NCBI RefSeq assembly: GCF_000150275.1
Contig: NW_002061194.1
Location: 1 to 6,862 of the forward strand
Direction of reading: 5' to 3'
Length of the DNA stretch: 6,862 bases
Source of the DNA: Trichoplax adhaerens
Lineage: Eukaryota; Animalia; Placozoa
The notes under the pieces are model-generated. The model was not told where the DNA came from and did not search any database. It was given only the letters and a program-made list of their open reading frames with translations. The translations under genes were made by a program, and so were the position numbers. This document shows, in pieces, positions 1 to 6,862 of this stretch. Positions within the stretch are counted from its first letter, which is position 1. Each line of letters begins with the position of its first letter.

Positions 1-998
1 AAATCTGATTATTAAAGGACAAGAGTGTTTTGCATATGCCACAATTTCATTACTTGTACATTATCGATAACGAACTTAACTCACTTTATATTCTTGTGCT
101 CTTGAAGATATGTCCACTTCAGCTAATAGCCAAATATTGCTATGATTGCCCTTTTTCGACCATAATATTTCTGATGTAGATGATACGACTTGTAGTCGAC
201 TAGCGTCTGCTCCATTCAGGTTATACCAAAATCGCAGACAATGACTATCACTACTGCGAATTATTGGACTTTTCAAAGTAGCGTTATCGTGTAACTGACT
301 AGATGTCTCTAGATACGCGTAATAGCCATCTTTTAAATTGTCAACACAGAAAATACTTTCTATTTAAAGTTAGCAGTAAAAGTTAAAACAAGTACTTGAT
401 GTAAAAAAGTGCATTAGAGATATTAAAGTATGAGTATATCATTTCTCTTACAGTACGGATTTTGATAAGTATGATCGTAACTTGGACCAGTTTTAGGGGC
501 GATAGTTTCACCTTTGTTTCTGATCCATGCAAATTTAGAATCTGAATAGCGGCCATTTTCCCATTGGCAGAAATTTCTCTCAAAATTGCAACTTAAATCG
601 ACTTCTGTTGATACCGCTCGACCTAGATAGACCAGAACGGTGTTATAGCGTGAACGGAAAATTTTTTATTTGTGAGTTATGCAAGTAAAGAATAGAGACT
701 GATAAATTTCTTGTAATACATTATCTTTCTGACTTGCTTTACAAAATATTATAATAGAATATATAGTGTATTCATTTTGTTGTGGCATGCGAAGATATTT
801 CTAAAAGTTTATGTTGAGCAATAATTTAGCTAATCTTTGATCTTTAATGTCACTCTTACTGTCATATATAATTATTTATGACCCATTATTACTTAAATTT
901 TAAATAATTAAAGTTAACTTACCGTCGATTAATGTCCAACCAAATGCAAATATTAAAATTGTTAATTCCGTGTAAAAATGTGGAGAATGGCGAAGCAT
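1..998 (-). CDS. Secreted MAM-domain protein, 5' part (exons 998-923, 622-452, 329-85, 4-<1); probably a MAM + S1 serine protease continuing off the left edge
   Basis: Spliced translation is open: MLRHSPHFYTELTILIFAFGWTLIDG/RAVSTEVDLSCNFERNFCQWENGRYSDSKFAWIRNKGETIAPKTGPSYDHTYQNPY/YGYYAYLETSSQLHDNATLKSPIIRSSDSHCLRFWYNLNGADASRLQVVSSTSEILWSKKGNHSNIWLLAEVDISSRAQEYK/I. MAM hallmarks present: CxFExxxCxW, TGPxxDHT, GYYxYxETS, LxSP, CLRFWY, LWSxxGN..W. GT-AG introns of 300, 122 and 80 nt in compatible phases (1,1,0). The protease assignment is inferred from the neighbouring paralog only. Confidence 0.9.
85..329 (-). CDS. Internal exon: core of MAM domain (contains track ORF 76..276)
   Basis: 245 nt, phase 1/0, acceptor TTTAAAAG| (less common AAG), donor AAA|GTGAGT; encodes GYYAYLETS...LKSP...CLRFWY...LWSKKGNHSNIW. 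Confidence 0.9.
452..622 (-). CDS. Internal exon: N-terminal part of MAM domain
   Basis: Acceptor TCTATCTAG|, donor T|GTAAGA, 171 nt, phase 1/1; encodes SCNFERNFCQW...FAWIRNKGET...TGPSYDHT. Confidence 0.9.
923..998 (-). CDS. First coding exon: predicted signal peptide of the MAM-domain protein
   Basis: ATG at 998-996, 25 codons plus 1 nt (MLRHSPHFYTELTILIFAFGWTLID), hydrophobic core. Consensus donor G|GTAAGT in phase 1 matches the next exon and gives ...LIDG-RAV, a plausible cleavage site. Confidence 0.75.
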
Positions 999-1309
999 CT
1001 TGGTAAAAAGTTCTCTCTCTCTGTAGTTAAGTGATAATTAATGTGATTAAGCTGAAACATTTATATTGTGATAACATATTTAAGATAAATTAAGCTCTGC
1101 TATTAGGTCTAAATATTAGGGAAAATAAGAAATAAATGTATAGTTAGAGTGGCAAAACGTAGTGTTCAACTTATTTCGGATTGTACTGTATATACGTTAT
1201 ACTCATGAAGATCAATTGAGAAACGGGCCGTAAGAGCTATTTGAGGTAGATAAAGTGCTAATGGATGAGAACTCAATCATAGATATGCGAATTAAACAGC
1301 CATAACGAA

Positions 1310-4155
1310 TATATAAGCAACATACCTAAAAAAATACTGTAGCTTACCTTTTCTATCCGAATTCAACGGATATTTGCATAAATTTAACAGGTAAAAATTG
1401 GGCTCTATAAAAATCGATAAGCTTAGATAATGTAAATTCTAATAAGACTTACCTTTTGACTTTTACTTGGATTGTTAAATATTCCTAAGTTGTTGAAGTT
1501 TTAATACCTGCAAACAATGTATCTTTCGGTACTTAAATCTATATAATATGCATATAACGATATAGGTGAAGTGCGTTACATCAGTTGAAGTGGATCGATG
1601 AGACAAAACTTGCAATAATAAGAAATTGTTGGCTTTTATATATACATTTCCACTAACTTAAAAATATTTATATTAGTCTAAAGGGGAAAATCCATACCTT
1701 TCCTCTGGTTTATAAATATTTTATATCAGTCTAAAGGGAAAATCTATTAATTTCGAATTGGAAGAAAGAAAACAAATGCTTACGGTCTTAATGAGTATAC
1801 CTATGTATTACTTTCGGAAAAGAAAGCATGCAGCATTAACACGCAATTAAGTAAAGTGAAGTTGACGTATCTATTTTTTCCAAATGCCAACTTGCTATTA
1901 AGAAGAAAAATATTCTCGCTAATAAGATGATGAGAACTGCAATAATCATACAAGTCTCACACAAAAAGCGACATATAATCACCGATACTAATACTCATTA
2001 TCAACTAGGTGAAAATATGCAACTTCTTAGCATCACCTGATACAATGTTCAAATAATAGCCATCATCATTTCTTACGTAAATGGAAGAAGAATAGCATGT
2101 TTAGACTAAACGGAGATCTAAATAACCACTAATCCGTATAAATATATAGAGCAATACTCCCTAAATTTGCGGTTCGTTAAATTTTCTTTCTAAAACTAAT
2201 GAAAATTTCGTCTTGAATTTATTAAGTGATAAAAAGTAGGCTCTTGTAAAACCAATTAAATTAGACGGACTAAATTTGAATAAGGCTTACTTTTAACTTG
2301 TACATAAATTAATGAATTCCGCAAGCCTTTGGTTTTTAAAATTTTTTTGCGTACAAGGTATAATTCGGTATTAAATCTACTATATGGCAATGTAGGTAAA
2401 CTGTGTTACATCAGTGAATTTAATCCTTGAGAAAAAACACGTAATTGTAAAAAAATGTTAATTACGTAGTCTAATGAGTATGTCATTTATTAATTTCAAA
2501 ATGGTAAAATAAATTATCAACATTTAGGATAGCAGACTAAAATAGACGTGTTAAATTTATTTTTCCCAATTACCAACTTGTTCCATATGTATTCTAAATA
2601 TATAAATCTACCATAGTGATCTTGAAGGAGGAGATAATGATTTACTATTCTATCCTAAATGAAATAATCTCATTTTAAGTGAAAAAATATGTATACCGGC
2701 AAGATGACGACGATCAAACAAATAGCGTATATTCACCGATAGTGAAATTCATAATCAACTTTATGACAGTATACGACTTCTGAGCATGAGTTTGATAACC
2801 TCTTAAAGTAATGATGCTCTTCTTTGCATTTACGTGAATTGAAAGATAATTTATCACCCCATATCGACTGTAGATTCAATAAAGATCCGAAAGACAAAGC
2901 TTGTGACGTAAAAATTGTTAGCTTTGGTATCAATATATTTTCAGTGCTTTAAGATGTTTTATGCAAGTCTAAAGTGTGAACGTCTTCTTTAATTTCGAAG
3001 ATAAAAGTAAGAATAGATAGCCTGATAAGTATGCTTATTTATTAGTTTCGAAAAGAAAATGTATTTTATCACGTGTAGTAAAGCAGACTGAAATTGACGA
3101 ACCAAATTCTTTCAATCAAAAAACTTGCTGCTAAGTCTTCTAAACATAGAACTCTATGGCGTTAGCATTGAAGGATAAGTTAATGATTAATTATTCTATC
3201 TTGATGAAATAATCTTATTTATAAGAGGGAAAACATTTGTGCCGATATGATGGCATGAGATTACGAGATCTCTTAAAAATACCGCAATCACCGATAGTAA
3301 AACTTGTTTCCAACTTGTTTAAAATATGCAACTTATCAACAAGATCCAACATTACTCATATGTTAAAATGATGATCTTTTCGCTACGTGAATTGAAGAAT
3401 AATAACATATCATCCCATATCAATTGTAGACTCAATAAATATATAAGTAACAACGGATTTGTATAAATACATAGAGCAATACGCTCTACGTTGCTTGATA
3501 TTATTTTTTCTTTCAAAAATTAATGGACATTTCGCGTAGAATTTATTAAGTGATGAAAGAAGAGTCTCTATAAAAATTGATTAGACTAGACAAGGTAAAA
3601 TTCCAATAAGCCTTACTTTGACTTTTACGTGGATTGAAAATTATATTAATCCTATCTATAATTTGTGAGATGTTTTAATACTTACATGCCAAGTATAATT
3701 TGGCTATTGAATCTATATGAGTAATATGGCGATCTTGGTAAATAATGTTGTATCTATTAATGATCAATAATGCCGAATTTTATACTGGTCCATTTTCAAT
3801 AGCCTACGAAGGTTCGTATTGGTCTAAATAACTAAGCTTATTCATTAATTTACGAAAAGAAAACATGTGCAAAAAGTAGAACTTATCGGTACCGAGATTA
3901 TCATGTTCAATTTTCTTCAAAGATTGGCTTGCTACCTGCATGTTTTAAGCATACAAATCTATCATGCTCGCTTTGATATGAGTTCATGATTTATTATTCT
4001 ATCTTAGATGGAATGATCTCATTTACAAAAGGGAAAAATTTATGCTTATTAGATGATGACGACTGCAAATCTTATACAAATAGCCCATTTTAATCACTAA
4101 TAGCAGAACTCATTGACAACTTTACGGAAACATACAACCACTTAGCAAGATCTGC
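1310..4155 (+). repeat. Head-to-tail array of four diverged copies of a ~0.88-0.9 kb unit (approx. 1310-2140, 2140-2883, 2884-3465 5'-truncated, 3465-4155)
   Basis: Collinear shared blocks: tcacc/tcact at 1979, 2733, 3288, 4094; aataag..cttac (cttac at 1448, 2286, 3612); gaatttattaagtgat at ~2215 and ~3539; tattctatc at ~2646, ~3192, ~3995; tacgtgaattgaa at ~2831 and ~3385; atagagcaatac at ~2146 and ~3471. Boundaries are approximate. Confidence 0.9.
1642..1745 (+). repeat. Imperfect 52-bp direct tandem duplication inside array unit 1
   Basis: atacatttccactaacttaaaaatatttatattagtctaaaggggaaaatcc (1642-1693) versus atacctttcctctggtttataaatattttatatcagtctaaagggaaaatct (1694-1745). Confidence 0.9.
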
Positions 4156-4863
4156 TGCCATTATCGTGTAAAGCAAATCTTTCATTGACATTGACATTTA
4201 TTCCCTGAAGAGATATAGCTATCTACTGCGACTACTTGATATTGGATTACATGGATCCTAATCTAGCATTATTGATGGTAGATAACATTAATTTCAAGCA
4301 TGATGCAATTATTAGAAGTGACTAAGCTAGCAGAGGAACTACCTTTATGGAGACAAGGGTGTCATTTACAATCATCTGAAAAGGGACTTTATTTAGAGTT
4401 TATACTGTATAAAGCGTTAAACATATCTTATAACAATTATTTCTATCTTGATAACATTTCTCACTATGCATACCCTTCTCTATAACACAGTAAAGTGGGT
4501 ATATTCAAAATTTCTTGGTTAAAGAAAGTCAATGAGCTGCAGAAACTCATATTTCTGACAATTTTTAATCGGAATTTCTACTCGAGTAAAGCGACAATCT
4601 CGATAAAAATAAAAGCAGACGTTCGATTGACAGTTTAAGAAGCTTAATCAGCGTAGATTAGTAGTTTTTAACTTATTGAAGCAGAAAAATAGCGATAAAA
4701 AGCAAATAGCATCTGCAAAAGATATATTGGCACTCTAAAGGACGAAATTGCACCTAATAAAAGCGTATAAACAACAAATAACTAAAATGTCTTTAAATCA
4801 ACCTTCTATTGAGAGAGTACTCAACTCCTGTCGGTACCACCAAACTAACACCAAGCATTAGTG

Positions 4864-4884
4864 AGTGCAGTAAGTTACTGCACT
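4864..4884. repeat. Perfect 10-bp inverted repeat with 1-nt spacer
   Basis: AGTGCAGTAA-G-TTACTGCACT; the arms are exact reverse complements. Confidence 0.9.
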
Positions 4885-4889
4885 GAAGT

Positions 4890-5115
4890 CCCTAATTTGA
4901 GTTAGGGTTTGAAAGCAACTTGTTAGTCTGATTTAAATTTTAATATACTTGATGGGATTCTCAGCTATTAACCAATGCCGAAATAGATGAATAGGTACTT
5001 GATTATGGATCAAGTTATAACGGCTAGTGCTTACGAGAGTAATTTATCAGGATTTATTTCTATCTCTAGTGCAATTGTAGACCTAATAGCCAAGGAATAT
5101 ATTCGATGCAAATTG
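4890..5115 (+). pseudogene. Death-domain relic
   Basis: Ordered fragments V*KQLVS (4907-4927, TGA at the conserved Trp), LTNAEIDE*VLDY (4968-5006), LRE*/YQDL (5031-5056) and AIVDLIAKEYIRCKL (5071-5115) follow the Death-domain pattern WxxLAxxL..LTxxEIDxI...LxEQxYQxL...ATVxxLxxAL. Confidence 0.6.
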
Positions 5116-5387
5116 TCCAAGTACTGTTTCCGGAACGAAGGCTGAATACAATCTTATTAGCTACTGCAGAAAAAAAACTCGACAGAATGAGCTAGATAGT
5201 AGAATGTACGGATTGAAAATAAACTCCTTTATACTTATGTTATTACATTCAAATTAGCTACTTGTGCTCTTGTTAGAATTATGCACTGACTAGTCACAAA
5301 TGTACAAATGGGCTATAAGATTTTTTGACGCTAATATAACCTTCACGCAAGCTTATGCCGTAAGCGCATTTCGCGTAGCTGAAAGAT

Positions 5388-5671
5388 NNNNNNNNNNNNN
5401 NNNNNNNNNNNNNNNNNNNNNNNNNNNNNNNNNNNNNNNNNNNNNNNNNNNNNNNNNNNNNNNNNNNNNNNNNNNNNNNNNNNNNNNNNNNNNNNNNNNN
5501 NNNNNNNNNNNNNNNNNNNNNNNNNNNNNNNNNNNNNNNNNNNNNNNNNNNNNNNNNNNNNNNNNNNNNNNNNNNNNNNNNNNNNNNNNNNNNNNNNNNN
5601 NNNNNNNNNNNNNNNNNNNNNNNNNNNNNNNNNNNNNNNNNNNNNNNNNNNNNNNNNNNNNNNNNNNNNNN
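5388..5671. other. Assembly gap (284 N)
   Basis: Run of N characters. Confidence 1.
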
Positions 5672-5753
5672 ATATGTTACATATATAATGTAAAATTATA
5701 AATTGTAAAGCCTACATGTTAACATGCATTTTCGGAAACATTATCATAAGTAA

Positions 5754-6765
5754 TTAATTATATTTTAATGTCTTTGATAGCCATCTATAAATGGGTATTA
5801 CAGTCAAGCTTGCATGAATAGTAGGATAATATCTTTGTCCGCAACCCCGTCTACCACTAATGACACCAGCTAAACACCATCGATTCGAATATCCCGATGG
5901 TATTGTATCTGAACGATGGCGACATGACAGTGGATCGCCACTATCACCATCGCAAGCACCAGTTTAGCCTTGCATATAACCAGCACATATCATGTTAGAA
6001 GTAATTTGACCATTATAAGAATAAGCGCTATTACAAAGTCTCCGATTCAAGATAGGTACATTGGCACAACGTAAGATATGGCTCAGTTGAGTATCTGCTT
6101 TACCCTAACCAGACATTTTACATAAGATAATCCATTAAATGTATCATTAGCTTCTGGTAAACAAATTGGACGCGCATAATTAGTAATAGTTATAAGTGCA
6201 TTTAGTTTAATTAAAGCGATACCACCGTCTCGATCTTTGATACTTGAAATGGATTCTTTACATTCAGAGATAAAATATGAGATGTCGAAAGATCAACTTA
6301 GCCGTCCTCATTTTTTTTAGTGTAAGTCTCTTTTCCTGTAAAATCATACCCTCCAAATGCAATCGTAACAACTATTAATAGTTTCTATGATACGATAAGT
6401 GAATTAGTTAACTTTTATACCATTTTTTATAGAAATTATTATTTTTTAGATTATTTATCAATCTCTTACTCTTAGTTTACCTTCATAATTCCAGATTGCC
6501 ACTTTATTGAGGTATTTACCCGATTAAATGTAATGAAATAGAAAATTGTGGAGCCTTCTTTTATACATTAGCATTTTGATGTAGCTTAAATTTACTTTTG
6601 CATTCTCTTAAATAACCAATATCCTGGATGATCTTAGGTAGTAACCGGAGCTAGAAATTTGAGAAAATATCGTTCGTCTCACTTACGGCATTTGCCCAGA
6701 ACCAGTTGAATATCATCAAGTACGATCTCTCCACTTCCTCCTCGATGAGATGCGGTAGTATAAAT
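5754..6765 (-). pseudogene. Disabled MAM-domain + trypsin-like (S1A) serine protease gene, 3' part
   Basis: Exon 6765-6687 encodes a MAM C-terminus. Terminal exon ~6384-5754 encodes VTIAFGGYDFTGKE...LIFRH...DGGIALIKL...YARPICLP...C KMSG*G...LRCANVPILNRRLCN...ITSNMICAGYMQG*TGACDGDSGDPLSC...WCLAGVISGRRGCG...YYPTIH...YRWLSKTLKYN*. Lesions: TAG at 6107-6105 (SGWG Trp), TAA at 5966-5964, frameshifts at the A8 run (6311-6318), at ~6270 and at ~6123, and Gly in place of the catalytic Asp at 6223-6221. Confidence 0.88.
6687..6765 (-). pseudogene. Exon encoding MAM-domain C-terminus (part of the disabled protease gene)
   Basis: ATATAG|ATTTAT ... TGCC|GTAAGT; 79 nt, phase 0/1; IYTTASHRGGSGEIVLDDIQLVLGKC matches the MAM terminal motif GxIxxDDIxxxxGxC. 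Confidence 0.85.
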
Positions 6766-6862
6766 CTATATCGAAAAATTTTTCGCTTTTAATTCTGAAT
6801 GAGCTCAAGATTCCGATAATTCTTAAATGTACTTAAGAAATGTAGAATAGTTAGCAGTAATA

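Larger units (their letters stand above)
1310..5115 (+). pseudogene. Heavily decayed TPR-repeat / death-fold protein gene relic
   Basis: TPR-like peptides recur in homologous positions: AYNDIGEVRY (1550-1579), LYGNVGKLCY (2380-2409), YGDLGK (3725-3742); YLQTMYLSVLKS (1505-1540) and YLHAKYNLAIES (3679-3714); YKYIEQYSL (2137-2163) and LYKYIEQYAL (3459-3488); THYQLGE (~1993-2013). A Death-domain-like relic follows on the same strand. Many stops and indels; by-eye recognition only. Confidence 0.5.

Noticed and set aside
76-276. Stand-alone 66-aa gene
   Set aside because: It is an internal MAM exon (329-85); the apparent start is a Leu TTG codon and the stop lies in the intron.
383-583. Track ORF MREISANGK...
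   Set aside because: Alternative frame overlapping the real MAM exon 622-452 and running into an intron.
1927-2040. C/D box snoRNA candidate (ATGATGA...CTGA)
   Set aside because: The boxes are not jointly conserved in the other three copies, and no terminal stem or guide complementarity was recognised.
2733-2933. Track ORF MIPKLTIF... on the minus strand
   Set aside because: Spans the unit 2/3 deletion junction, has no recognisable motif, and lies antisense to the TPR-like frame; probably a chance ORF.
1453-3740. Array units as alternative signal-peptide coding first exons (protocadherin/UGT1-style)
   Set aside because: In the units checked (1 and 4) there is no ATG-initiated hydrophobic frame upstream of the GTAAG sites on the minus strand.
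1310-4155. CRISPR-like array or transposon
   Set aside because: Eukaryotic context, no short invariant repeats with unique spacers, and no terminal inverted repeats, LTRs or transposase/RT motifs seen.
5287-5296. 10-bp palindrome TGACTAGTCA
   Set aside because: Expected by chance in a window of this size.
5300-5701. Track ORF of 133 aa
   Set aside because: Artefact of reading through the N gap; only 29 informative N-terminal residues with no recognisable motif.
6617-6650. Small linker exon (PVTT*DHPGY) after the MAM-terminal exon
   Set aside because: Would need a 36-nt intron, contains a stop and has no clear donor; too uncertain to call.

Overview
AT-rich eukaryotic (animal-like) genomic window with short GT-AG introns and a 284-nt assembly gap (5388-5671). 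Both ends carry minus-strand, tandemly oriented MAM-domain genes. Left (998 to <1): the intact 5' part of a secreted MAM-domain protein, with signal-peptide exon 998-923, MAM exons 622-452 and 329-85, and the next exon starting at 4. Right (>6765 to 5754): the 3' part of a probable paralog, a MAM C-terminal exon followed by a disabled trypsin-family (S1A) serine protease domain with stops, frameshifts, Asp102->Gly and no recognisable His57 segment. Between them (~1310-4155) is a head-to-tail array of four diverged, internally deleted copies of a ~0.88-0.9 kb unit. Compared across copies, it reads on the + strand as decayed tetratricopeptide (TPR)-like coding sequence. It is followed by a weak CARD-like relic (~4200-4450) and a clearer Death-domain relic (~4890-5115). 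The middle of the window may therefore be one fossil TPR-(CARD)-Death gene lying antisense between two MAM-protease paralogs. All alignments and translations were done by eye; the organism is not determined.
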